Shown here one piece after another: positions 14,201-24,369 of a stretch of 64,000 nt of DNA. The position numbers were made by a program, and so were the translations under genes. The notes beneath the pieces were generated by a model. It saw only the letters and a program-made list of their open reading frames with translations, was not told where the DNA came from and searched no databases. Origin of the DNA: Lytechinus pictus. Taxonomy: Eukaryota. The first letter of the stretch is position 1; each line of letters opens with the position of its first letter. The stretch lies in assembly GCF_037042905.1 (NCBI RefSeq), contig NC_087251.1, positions 29,824,001 to 29,888,000 on the forward strand, in the 5' to 3' direction.

Positions 14201-15441
14201 TTTTCAGTAATTTCTCCGTTAACCTTAACTAATTGTGTTATAGTACTTTTCTTCTTGTTAGATTGTAATAGTTGACTAAAATACCTTGTATCCCTTTCTC
14301 CACTTTCGTACCATGTCGCACGAGACCGAATTTTAATACCTTCATTAATGTAATCGTAACTGTCTGCAAGTTCTTTTCTTTTCTTTTCTATCTTTTTAAT
14401 CAATTCTTCATCTACTGAATTTACGCAACTACCTTCTAAACATTCCAATTCCTTTTCGAGAGATTCTTTTTTAATTTTTTTTTCCTTAGCCAGTTTTTTC
14501 GAAAAAGTTCTTGTGAAAGACATTATTTTCATTTTCAAATAATCCCATACAACTCTTCTATCTTTAACTTCTGTCTTTATTTTCTCCTTTAATGTAAGTA
14601 TTTCTGTTTTCATCTTTTTCACATATTCTACATTACCACAAAGGCTATTATTAAATTTCCAATAAGAACCATTCTTTTTACGCATTTCCTTATCAGTTTT
14701 ATCATACAGAAACAAAAAAATAGCTGAATGGTCAGGAGCTATAGATGGTAAAATTTTGCAGCTGATAACAACATTTACCAATTCGTCTGATATTAGCCAA
14801 TGATCTAATCTGCTTTGCATAAACGGATTATTTTTAGTGAAGGTAAATTGTCTTTTCAATGGATTTCTCTCTCTCCATATGTCTATTAATTGTAGTTCCT
14901 CCATAAAATTTTCTACTTCTTTACTAACGTTGTCATGTATTTTTTGTTTCACTGTTCCATTATAATCTAATTCAGAATTCATAATAATATTAAAATCTCC
15001 TCCCATTAAAATAGGTTTATTACAACTATTAATTTTGTTTAATTTTATAAGCATATCCTTTAAAAATTTTATTTGATGATTTTCTTTATCTCTCGTCGGT
15101 AAGTAAACATTACAAAGGACCATTCTATGTCCTTGGATTTCACAATCAATGAGTATGTATCGCCCTTCGTCATCTTGTTTTATATTTATAAGTTTAAAGT
15201 CTATTGAGGTTTTGATAAGAATGAGTACTCCTCTGCTATGATTTGATCCATGACTATAGTAACATGACCCATCCCACCCAGAACTCCATCTATCCTCTAC
15301 ATCTTTTGTACTATACGTCTCCTGTAAAAAAATTACATCCCCTTTTTCTTTACACCATGAAAATATTCGTCCCCTTTTCGCGCATTCTCTTATTCCTCTA
15401 ACATTTAAGGAAACAAAATTACAATTTAAACATCTATTCAT
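11259..15441 (-). mobile_element. Tx1-clade LINE copy A (ORF2 + 3'UTR + poly(A); 5' boundary upstream of 15441 not defined)
   Basis: Intact ORF2, ~420-nt 3'UTR, AATAAA, and A13 tail at 11259-11271. Confidence 0.93.
11692..15441 (-). CDS. Tx1/L1-group ORF2 polyprotein: APE endonuclease, reverse transcriptase, C-terminal CCHC zinc knuckle (1249 aa, intact)
   Basis: APE motifs: SLNVRG, LQET, GGDFN, SRLD, PDH, WKFNNSL. RT motifs: KSPGNDG, NYRPISLLN, KAFDSV, RGVRQGDPLSPYLF, YADD. CCHC knuckle: CxxC...HLFLEC. Confidence 0.96.
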   Translation of the reverse strand: MNRCLNCNFVSLNVRGIRECAKRGRIFSWCKEKGDVIFLQETYSTKDVEDRWSSGWDGSCYYSHGSNHSRGVLILIKTSIDFKLINIKQDDEGRYILIDCEIQGHRMVLCNVYLPTRDKENHQIKFLKDMLIKLNKINSCNKPILMGGDFNIIMNSELDYNGTVKQKIHDNVSKEVENFMEELQLIDIWRERNPLKRQFTFTKNNPFMQSRLDHWLISDELVNVVISCKILPSIAPDHSAIFLFLYDKTDKEMRKKNGSYWKFNNSLCGNVEYVKKMKTEILTLKEKIKTEVKDRRVVWDYLKMKIMSFTRTFSKKLAKEKKIKKESLEKELECLEGSCVNSVDEELIKKIEKKRKELADSYDYINEGIKIRSRATWYESGERDTRYFSQLLQSNKKKSTITQLVKVNGEITENEKEVLNEIKSFYTHLYAREYTEDFRDFFRNVPMLTSEDSESCEGDILEEECISVLKEMKQNKSPGNDGLTVEFYCTFWAEIRDVLIGAFNEAFALGELSASQKQAIIILLAKEGKDPHYVKNYRPISLLNTDYKIISKVLAKRIKEVLESVVLADQIGFIKNRNIGEAIRLIDDMLFHTLYNNIPGYMIAIDLEKAFDSVSHNFLHQTLGSFGFGQQFRKWVKILYTNSQSCIFNGGDSTSYFHVERGVRQGDPLSPYLFILCIEVLAHNIRYDNDVKGIFFGKEEVKQVMYADDMSIFVRDLDSVKKVIEILEKFRKVSGLRVNSDKTKVLLLGSSQGKSYDLSFGQKVDFIKILGVFFSLDVEVKERLNYKEILSKIKKLLNWWKQRDLTLMGKIQLLKQFIFSKFIYVASLTPIPGWVYVELDQLAFTFLWGGRNKINKRTMYLDYHQGGLKMMNFQWLIKAQRVMWIKKLKENNAMKWKQYFNYATKHLGGNFIFSCDYLLGLLEIALPQFYIDLLEVWIETKDFRLKSETYKGNEIFFNNKFVRIEGKCIFNQKIYEKNIYRLKHIMDYDGRLMSFSYFQRQGLDINDFYFIESIYKTFPVSWKRNMKIDSKEASLREEISFISGKRILSIEELVSKNVYANFMKCNFAIPDVFERLKNKYSFSYEKIEHIFMRPRQCTLNSRLREFQFKMLHGIAYTNHHLFRFKISQNNLCCYCKKEEETYRHLFLECEYACLVWDNCKEMFGFISTSNLSWEEIFVGVELKDEGKERLVNHFLIFVKFLIFKGKEKGAFITMDKIKRKFKEEEWEERRLALGRGKMSLHLRKWENLN

Positions 15442-17579
15442 AAAGAAAATCTAAAAAGATCATTCTACCATTTTTATTGTATAAAAACTTTAAGATTTTC
15501 ACTACGTTATTTATAGGGAGAGTGAGGACTAGACATACCAACATATTCCCTAGTGTAACTGCAGTACATAGTCCAATGATAAACTCTAATTTATTGCGCC
15601 ATTGTTCAAAACAAAAATAAATGTCTATCAATTCGAGTATTACTATCCCTTCCATGTAGAACATTATCTCTAAGAATCCTAAAAAAGGTGCTCGTAATAC
15701 CTGCAAGTAAAAAAAGAAGGGAAGGAATCCCATCTCTACGACCTTCTCCAAAGCAACACTCCCTCACAGCTCACCCTTCTTTACAGGTTGCTGTAGTATT
15801 TCCAAGAATAATAATCTACCCCTAATTGTTGTCTTTTTTCTTTGTTATAATCTTATTGAATTTAAACGAAATAGCTGTAAATAAAATCAATAATGAAAAA
15901 AAGAAAAACTGACATGCATTCAATCAGCATATACCGCATTAATAAGTTAAGTTTTAAACTTACACATACTAAGCAAGTAAATTTTCATGTTAATAATAAC
16001 CTATCCCCACAAAACAATACAAGTAAAATAATGGTACATGTTTAAATGAAACACAGCCAAACAAAGTCCCAAAGCATTCCAAATCCCCTTGTTTCTATAA
16101 CTAAAAAACAACTTTCAAACAGTCCTGAGATTCACCTTTTGGTAACCAAACACCTAGTCCCTATATAACAATATACCAAAGTCATGATATTGGATTCCAT
16201 ATGAGCATATTAAAGGTGTTACACTTTAAGGAATTAAATCACACTATTTCCATCATTAATGCCAGGAATAAAGAACGAAATACTTATGTAACAATAAATT
16301 CCACTGCAGGTAATGCATTTATGTACCTAATCATCGGTTCAAAACAACAAACCTTGCATTTTGGGACATTGTATTGAGAATAACTTCCTTTTGAATATTT
16401 AGTTCTATCTTGTACAAAAGGAACACCTGGAATTCTTTTCTTTCTTAAAATCTAAGCAAACAAACACTTGGAGCAAACTATTACAATAATAGGCACGTTC
16501 CACAAGTAAGCATTTGTAACATACAAGTATTCAAGTAACATATTATCACATGACAAAATCCTAGCCTAAGGTTGTTGAACCGTCGTCAGAATTATGATTT
16601 TTCAAATTCCATTGTACTCAATACATATATTGCAGAATTGCAGTAATCAAGATGTTGTCCTTAAATTCTAAGAAAATCTCAAGAATTGTGATTTTTTCAT
16701 ATTACTGAATATACAAAAAAACAAAAAAACAATAAAGATCCAAAATGTTACTTCTTTGTTTGAATTCGCTTTGGTTTCCCCAATTAATGCAAGAATGAAC
16801 AAGAGATGCGATCATGCGCAACCCCCTAATGCAAGTCACCATATACCTCAATCAGTGCCTCATGTTCCAAATAATCAAAGAAAAAACTGAACATCGTGTC
16901 TCTCCTTTGGTATTTGTGCAACATTCCTCAAGCCTGTGAGCATACTGGTGGTCTTGTTCTTTTCTCTAATTCTATAGGCCTAATTTGTGTAATGAATGAA
17001 GACCAAAAAAAAAAAAGAAGCTTTAAAAGCAAGCAGTACAATACTTTGTGTTCCTAATCACTGCTTCAAGACAATAAAATTGCATTTCTTAATACATTTT
17101 AATGCATTCTTAATGCATTTCTTAATACTTCTTAATTGATATAATCGATCCATCAACTATATCGATTGTGTAATTAAAAGAGTGAGGTTTTCATGAATTT
17201 ATTATGTTTACCGTCACTAGAATTTATTTTATGTTAGGTGCTACTATAAAATGTTCCATATTGGTATATATAACATGTTTCAAGCTCAAATACCAGGTCT
17301 GTGAGTTATTCAGAGATTTAAAACGTCCTTTTATTAAAGGATTGGAGTATTTAACTTATTTGTGTTACAGCGAATAATATGTATATATTATGACTCTACA
17401 CCGACAGGGACCTGTGACTTATCAAAGCCCTAATTTAATTCATGGTTCTTAACAGGGTTGTGTTAGGCTTTTTAACAGCCTCTTGTATGCAAAGAAAGTG
17501 ACCCAGAATTATCTCTAAACAGACATTTTAGGAAATGATGGTTTGTTAATTTAATTTTAGCTGATAGTCTTGGGAACAA

Positions 17580-17770
17580 ATCCACGGAAAGTTATCCGAC
17601 CGACCACCATAGTACTCGGTATAACTTCGGAAAACTTCGGGATTCTTCGCGCTGTTCGATCATTCGTCGAAAAAGCTATACGTCACTTCCTGCTATGACA
17701 CCTCGATATGATGACGTGGATAGGCCACGAAGGGACTTCGATAATCGATCGATCCGATCCGATCTGCTGA
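17580..17770. promoter_or_regulatory. CpG-rich promoter-like patch inside the large TIR element
   Basis: Local CpG enrichment in AT-rich DNA. ETS-like cacttcctg and CRE-like acgtca/tgacgt motifs. Confidence 0.3.
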
Positions 17771-18479
17771 ACATTGTCAGTAATAAACTTTAATTCATCC
17801 AACATAATAATTAAATAGAAGGCCTTCGCGATTTATTCGAGTGAAATAAGAGTTGAACTCAGATAGATCTTTTCTGGGACAATTAATGTATATTTGAATT
17901 AAATTCGTTCATATATAATGTTTAATTATAATCCATATATGTATTTGATATCTTTATTTCCTTTGAATGAACAGTTATTTGTTGCGATAGATGCGGCAAC
18001 ACTTCTTAATGTATATTTGAATTAAATGGTTGATTAACTTTAAACAGGATTTATCTGACTATTTTTTTCTATTGAATTCCATAACAATTGCAATAAAGTG
18101 AAACCAAAAACCAACCTCCGTGTCTTAGTCACACTTATGATATCGACTACAACGCGATCGCTGGCATGCCTTTAAGAGAGTACAATAGATAAAATTGGTC
18201 TTGCCTCGCCTTTGTTTGTGTGACTAACACGTATAAATACATGTGTGCGTATAGCGATAGAAAGGTGTATATTACTTAAATTGATATGTGGGCAAAGGGT
18301 TTTTTCTAAACATTAAAGCAACTTTTGTTTTAATGAAATCTCATGGAAAAATAGAGGATGCATTGCTCTGCATGCTGCATGCAATAACGTTCAAGAACAT
18401 TAAAGCATAGTCCCGCAATAGCCTGTCGAAGTTACCCCCCTTATCCGTAGCTTAACTATTAAAATATCATGCTCTTTAG

Positions 18480-19920
18480 AGCCCCCAATGTGACAAAGTG
18501 GTGTTTTGCTACAGAGAAAAACAACGTTTATTGTCTTGAAATCACTTGGAGGCAAAGGAGTAGGCTCTGTTACATTTAAAGAAGTGATGGCACAGCAAAT
18601 TCTACCCCCTCAGGGGTCTGCCGAAGTCACCAACCCTTCTTTGTATTTTGCCAATTTCTTGGAAAATACGCAATTTTTAGCCCCATTGAGACAAAAGGTG
18701 TTTCCCCCTTTGCAGTAAACCACTTTCATTGTTTTGTGAGCACTTGGGGATGAAAAAAATAGATTTTCCTCTATCAGCTAAATATAAAGAAGTGCTGACA
18801 CAGCAAAGCCTATCCCATACGGGGTTTGCTAAAGTCACTCGCCCCTTTTCCATATTTTGCCAATTTATGAAAAAATCTATAAATCCAGAGCCCTCATTGA
18901 GGCAAAAAGATGGTCCTGCTATAGTGTAAGCCACTTTTATTGTTTTAAAACCACTGGAAACGAAAGAGTAGCCTTTCCCCTATCTGCTTCGTATAAAGAT
19001 GTGCTGGCATATCAAAACCTACATCCTTCAGGGGGCTGCCGAAATCACCCCACTATTTTGCCCATTTTTTGGAAAATTCGTCATTTTGGAGCCCCATTGA
19101 GGTAAAAGGCGTTTACCCCTTTGCAGTAGACCAATTTTATTGTTTTGTAACCACTTGTAGATAACAAAATTAGATTTTCCTCTATCAGCTACATACAAAG
19201 AAGTGCTGGCACAGCAAACCCTACCTCTCAGGGGTTTGCCGAAGTCACCCACCCCTTTTCCATATTTTGCCAATTTATGAAAAAAATCTACTAATTCGGA
19301 GCACTCATTGATGCAAAAATGTTTTTCTGATATATAGCAATCTACTTTCGTTGTTTCGTTACCACTTGGAGATAAAACAAAGTAGATTTTCCTCTATCAG
19401 CTACATATAAAGAAGTGCTGGCTTAGCAAAGCCTACCCCCTCAGAGGTTCCCGAAGTCTTCCCACCCTTTTTGCCTAGTTTCCCTCCTTATTAACTTATA
19501 ATTAATGGGGGGAAATCTGCCAATTTGGAGCTCTCATTAAACGTAGTTTCTGCTCTATAGCAAACCTCTTTCATTGTTTCGTAACCACTCGGATATAAAA
19601 AAGGAGTAGATTTTCCTCTATCAGCAACATATAAAGAAGTGCTGGCTCAGCAAAGCCTACCTCTTCAGGGGTTCCCGAAGTACCTCCACCCTTTTGCCTA
19701 TTTTCCCTCTTTATCAAAACAAAATCGCAGTTTTTGACCCCCCCCCCCCTAATTAGGCAAAAGGCATTTCTGCTATATGGTAAAGTCACTTTTAGAATAG
19801 GTTTTGGTTTTGTCTATCAGCGCATCGACCCCTACCCTCTTCAGGGGCTCCAAATTGGCGGATTTTCCCATAAATTGGCAAAATACGGAAAAGGGGCGAG
19901 TGACTTCGGTAGCTTAATAG
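18480..19920. repeat. tandem array of ~6-7 diverged ~207-bp units ending in a partial inverted unit
   Basis: The recurrent core gattttcctctatcagctacatataaagaagtgctggcacagcaaa..cctac..ctcagggg...ccgaagtc occurs about every 200-230 bp. ~19845-19910 is the reverse complement of the unit's second half. Confidence 0.88.
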
Positions 19921-20625
19921 TAGTATAATACGATGTGGCAGGTCCAATAGCTATATTTCATTTTCTCTTGAACTCTGAGATCGAGAAGGCAGAAAATGTC
20001 ATTATTTTGGTGTACAACGTCACGTGACTAGGAAATGTTAGTTTCCGTGCCTAGACCCTTTTATGTTAAACAATTAATACAGTCCAAACAGGATCGAATT
20101 TATGCATTTAATGGTAATAGTAACAATGTTCTTGTAGTATAAATTTTTGCTTACTGATATTTATGATATAGCTATAGTTTGAGGAGGCCAATGTTTATAG
20201 TAGTATCGAGACCGGAATTGATATGATTTGCAATCGGGTCTGAGTACATACTATACACTAGCGTCGTCTGCTACGCAAACTAAATGAGCGAATATGACCC
20301 CAAAACTAACCATTATGTTTATGCAAATTAGACCACTTTCCCCTATTCGGATTTTCTGGGACTTTTAGTATGGTCTTCTATGGACCTCAAAGAAATGTTC
20401 TGCATTGGAATAAATTCTGTTGCAATTTGTTCCAAGTGAAAAGTTAAAATGACTGGACTACACGACGGATTCAAGAATACGATTCAAATGGCAATGAACA
20501 GCTGGGAAGTCTTTGTCGAAAATTGGTGAACTGGAACAGCAATTTCGTCCTTATTTTCAAAAGATATGTCGTTTGTCCAGAGTCTAGAACGAAACCAGTG
20601 CTTTGATTCACCGGCAATTGAAAAC

Positions 20626-22035
20626 CAGTGGCGTAACAGGCGGGGGGGGGGCAAGAAAAACGGGGGGGAAAATGGAGGGAGAGAGAAAGGGATAGGGGAA
20701 GAAAAGGGGAAAGGAAAGGAAAGGAGGAAAGGGAAAGGTAAAGGGAAAAGTGAAAAGAAAACCGAAAAAAAAAAATTTAATGGAAGAGGAAGGAAAGCGG
20801 GAAAATTTACGAAAGAAGAACATTTGAGAAAGAACAAATCATTCCGAAATAGGCCTATGTAATGCAATAGCACGGTGGGAAATGAATTAAAAGATGACAA
20901 AATGGCAAACAATAGCGGGAAACGAAGGTAGAATGTAATTGGTCAAAAGCTAAATTGGAAAACAAAGAAAAGGGACAAGAAAAAAAATAACATCACGATC
21001 GGGCTGCCGATGATTGAAATTAAAGAGCGGGAAGAAAGATGGACTGCATACAAAATTGTGCTATAAGCTTGCTAAATTTTATGCAAATAAGCTACTGGGG
21101 CTTTGCCCTATAGACCCCACGCAGTAGGGGCTCTTCATTTATAACCTTCAAATGGCTCTATAACGCCCCCGTTCAATCACGTTCAATCACTGGCATACAG
21201 GCGCGGAGGGGGGTCTTGGTTCCACACCCAAGAGGAAATAAAAGAAATTATAGGAGACAACGTATAATGAAATGAATGGAAACAATGAAATGTGTTATTT
21301 GCTGAATATAATGGAAAAATCTATGACATAATTAGAATCTAATTTCAATAGGTAATATTTTTTTCCAACTCGCTTTGCACGCTGGCGACTGTTTACAAAT
21401 TTTTCCCACATTGCTATGTTTTGCCCCCTCAAAATATTTGGTTCATTACTGGGTTAAATAAATGTGTTGTGTAAAAGCTATATTCTGTATATGCCCGCGA
21501 TTTGATTAAAATAGCGGCAATCTGCGAGGCTTTAAATCAAGAAGTTCCAGGGGCTCCGCCCTGGACCCCAACCGCACAGCACTACGTATGGAAGGGTTGG
21601 GCCATTGTCCCAAAAAGTTCTACAGACAAGAACAAAAAAAAGGAGGAAAGAAAAGCAAACGAAAAGTGTAGGATATGATTTTATTTACTGAATATAATGT
21701 CAAAAATAGCTCAAAGTTAGATTCTCATGAAAAGGTGATTTTTCCTCGCTCGCTTCGCTCGCTCGGGACTTATATAAAGCAGCTTTTTAGCACCGACCCT
21801 ATTGCCGCAAAGAATCATGTTCACAGTGGTGTACAGACCACCAAAAAAGGAATCTAAAGAGAGAAAAGTGAAATATATTATTTTCTGGATATCATGTCAA
21901 AATCTATCACAAAATTGGATTTTTGTATTAAAAAGGTCACAATTTTTGCTCGCTCGCAACTTTTTTAAAAGATAAATTCTGCCCGATACGCAATATCTGC
22001 CCTTCTCAAAATAGTCGCCTCATTACACCATTACG
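20626..22035. repeat. composite interspersed repeat with purine-rich tract and gctcgcttcgctcgc motifs
   Basis: cagtggcgtaac start, GA-rich low-complexity tract 20650-21040, and three similar blocks (atataatg..aaaatctat..caaaatt.gat...gctcgc) near 21300, 21690 and 21890. Confidence 0.5.
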
Positions 22036-22449
22036 CCTGTTCATACCATGATATGACCGGGAAATGTTTGACTCTTGCCCCCCCCCCCCCCCCCCTGGCC
22101 ACCGACCCCTGTTACGCAGCTGTTGAAAACCGTGCGCATTATGGTTTAACCTTTGGGTTTAACCTATCGATCCTTGGTGACATTAGGCCCACGTATGCCC
22201 CCGTGGCCCTGGGAAGCGGGGGTGCTGCATGCATTTTCCATAGGCATCACCCCCCCTTGAAATCTGGTAGGTATGATAAATGGCAGACATGTAATGAAAA
22301 TGAACGACATGACATTTTGTAGGAACCCCCCTTTTTTTTGCTTGTCAAATTTCACCGGACCGAAAGCTCCTTCATTTTGTAATAACCCCCACTTTTTTCT
22401 TGTCAAATTCACTTCAGCACCCCCACTAAAAAAAAATCGTCCCCAGGGC

Positions 22450-23133
22450 CCACTCAGCCCCCCCCCCTCCTTCCCCCGTTGACATATTTTAACGATAAAC
22501 TCTCAACGTGCGAGGATCGCGTCGCGTCGCTTTTGGACTGTTATTTCCTTTTTAATTCTTATGCTACTTTTGAGATCAAATTTGCGACGGCCGAGTACAT
22601 TATGTAAATGCATGTCGGACCCGAAATTGCTCAAAACGTGATTTTTATGAACAAATCCAATGTAAATTCATTTCTAGCCAAAATTCGTAACTGTATAATT
22701 ATTTTCCCCTTTACTAATCAAAACTGTATCTAAGTTTATTTACTATTGAAAAAAATGTAAAAACGTAGAAATCCCCCAGATATACATATAGGAAATTTCA
22801 AAAACAATAAACTACATAAGAAAACAATTGATTCTTATTTGTGTTATGTGCATTTGATCATTTGATTTCACAAAAATCTCTTTATCAAGATTTAATTCAT
22901 TCATAGATTTACAGCCAAAGTCTAATTTCATGCATAAGATAACATAATTAATTCAAATAAAATGTATAGATTTAGTTAAATTTACCTATGAAAACACGTA
23001 GATTACATCATTTCCTACCATCGTGCAAATGATCGTCATGATCGCATGATTCGCGACCGAAAACCTATATGGGGGCATAGTGCCCGCCCACTTCCTGGTA
23101 CCAAAAAGACCAAAATAACCCGGGACTTAAGGG
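22450..23133. mobile_element. piggyBac-like MITE abutting the GPCR stop codon
   Basis: Ends ...aataacccgggacttaaggg|ttag. Its interior is the reverse complement of the 27.3-27.9 kb element (tgcatgtcggacccgaaattgctcaaaacgtgat). Left end not resolved. Confidence 0.6.
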
Positions 23134-24369
23134 TTAGGCCGGCCCATCCTTGGTAGACAATGATCCGTCAGGATCATCGAACATCGCTTTACTTTGGACC
23201 TTTCCCCCTACAAACAAGTCCTTGACAGCATTGCGGAACTCCTGGTAACGGATGCTGTAGATGATGGGGTTGATGCTGGAATTGACAGCAACTAGAATCA
23301 TGGCGCCGTTGGCAATCTGAGAATTCGCTTGGATTTGATAACGGAGCACTGCTTTAAGCAAGAAAATCAAATGAAGGGGAGTCCAGCAAACAAGGTACGC
23401 AATGATAACGATGAGCATCAGTTTAATAACAGCTCTGCTCGCGGCAAGATGGTGTGATTTAGATCCTCTCAAGCGCTTCGACTGGGCTTTGAGCTTGACT
23501 GCTATTAAGGTTTGGGTAGCAACCATAATGATGGCTGGTATGAATAGTTGAATGGTTAGAAAGTAAAGAGTAAACGCCATGTCAACCGCATATGTAATTT
23601 CCACAACATTACATCGACGCTTCGCTTTGTCCACATCAGCTATGAAGTAACCAGGGATGCAAAGCAACATTGATAAGATCCATAAAATCACAACCACCTC
23701 AGATACTCGCCGTCTGGTTAAAATCCTGTTAAAGTAGATGGGATGAGTGACCGCGATGTAACGCTCAATAGAGATGGCGGATAGCACAAACCCTGACAGC
23801 AATGTCAACACCATCATGTAGTTCGGAAGCCATACCACTTTACAGTAGACTCGTCCGAGCCAGGATACCGGAACACCTTTGGCATATGGAACAGGAAGCA
23901 GCCCAACCGAGGTCAGGAGATCTGCCGCCGCAAGTGCGCCTATGAGTGTGTCGGTAGATCGGCTCTTAGCGCGCCGCTGAAAAAGAACAGTGATTATCAG
24001 AAGATTACCAATGATCCCGATCACCCCGACGACTAGCTCTCCAAGAGTGACCCAAGTCCAAGATATCGAATACCAAGACCATGAGCCAACCTTATCTGTA
24101 TCATCAGCAGGGTATTCAGACCTTGATGTCTCAGTATCCCATATATCTTCAAGTTCTTCATGAAGCGTGTTATTCAGACCTATCAAGGAATCACCGTTGT
24201 CATCTTCCAGCGCGAGTCCTTTAACAGTTGCGTCAGGGCTACCACCAGGAGTAACACTTGTTCCCCAATCGCTCTCAGTTGTCGCTGAGGATGTCAGGGA
24301 GACAGCTCCCACACTCATTGCTAATGAGAGAGAAAGATACAGCAGTTGCACTAAACCAGTGAGATCCAT
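23134..24369 (-). CDS. class A (rhodopsin-like) 7TM GPCR, galanin/allatostatin/somatostatin-receptor-like orphan, 411 aa, intronless CDS
   Basis: Signal-peptide-like N-terminus. TM1 GN, TM2 LAAAD, TM3 C...ERY, TM4 W, TM5 P, TM6 CWTP, TM7 NPIIY, helix 8 FR. Confidence 0.93.
   Translation of the reverse strand: MDLTGLVQLLYLSLSLAMSVGAVSLTSSATTESDWGTSVTPGGSPDATVKGLALEDDNGDSLIGLNNTLHEELEDIWDTETSRSEYPADDTDKVGSWSWYSISWTWVTLGELVVGVIGIIGNLLIITVLFQRRAKSRSTDTLIGALAAADLLTSVGLLPVPYAKGVPVSWLGRVYCKVVWLPNYMMVLTLLSGFVLSAISIERYIAVTHPIYFNRILTRRRVSEVVVILWILSMLLCIPGYFIADVDKAKRRCNVVEITYAVDMAFTLYFLTIQLFIPAIIMVATQTLIAVKLKAQSKRLRGSKSHHLAASRAVIKLMLIVIIAYLVCWTPLHLIFLLKAVLRYQIQANSQIANGAMILVAVNSSINPIIYSIRYQEFRNAVKDLFVGGKVQSKAMFDDPDGSLSTKDGPA

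Larger units (their letters stand above)
5352..20460. mobile_element. large (~15.1 kb) non-autonomous TIR DNA transposon with TAG...CTA termini (Academ-like)
   Basis: 5352-5505 (tagtccagtcatttta...gaggtcc...atactaaaagtccca...tccgaataggggaaa...ctaatttgcataaa) is an imperfect ~150-bp inverted repeat of ~20315-20460. No TSD is visible. The superfamily call rests on the termini only. Confidence 0.7.

Noticed and set aside
6471..15441. Telomere-type (HeT-A/TART-like) retrotransposon array
   Set aside because: The head-to-tail geometry is similar, but the array is interstitial, flanked by ordinary genes, and has no telomeric repeats.
15434..15751. 105-aa ORF as Tx1 ORF1
   Set aside because: Non-ATG start, hydrophobic composition expected from T-rich DNA, and no RRM, zinc-knuckle or coiled-coil features.
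16582..16602. Possible 5' TSD of the Tx1 array (gtcgtcagaattatgattttt vs gtcgtgatgaattgattttt at ~6456)
   Set aside because: It needs several gaps, which is too degenerate for an element young enough to keep an intact ORF.
17005..17020. A12-GAAG identical to the Tx1 junction motif
   Set aside because: It is on the opposite strand to the junctions, so it cannot be their TSD. It is adequately explained as a poly(A)/polypyrimidine tract.
18480..19920. CRISPR-like array
   Set aside because: Whole ~207-bp units are homologous, with no unique spacers. The context is eukaryotic and there are no cas genes.
20484..20912. F/P/S-rich and K/G/E-rich ORFs
   Set aside because: Translations of a low-complexity purine tract.
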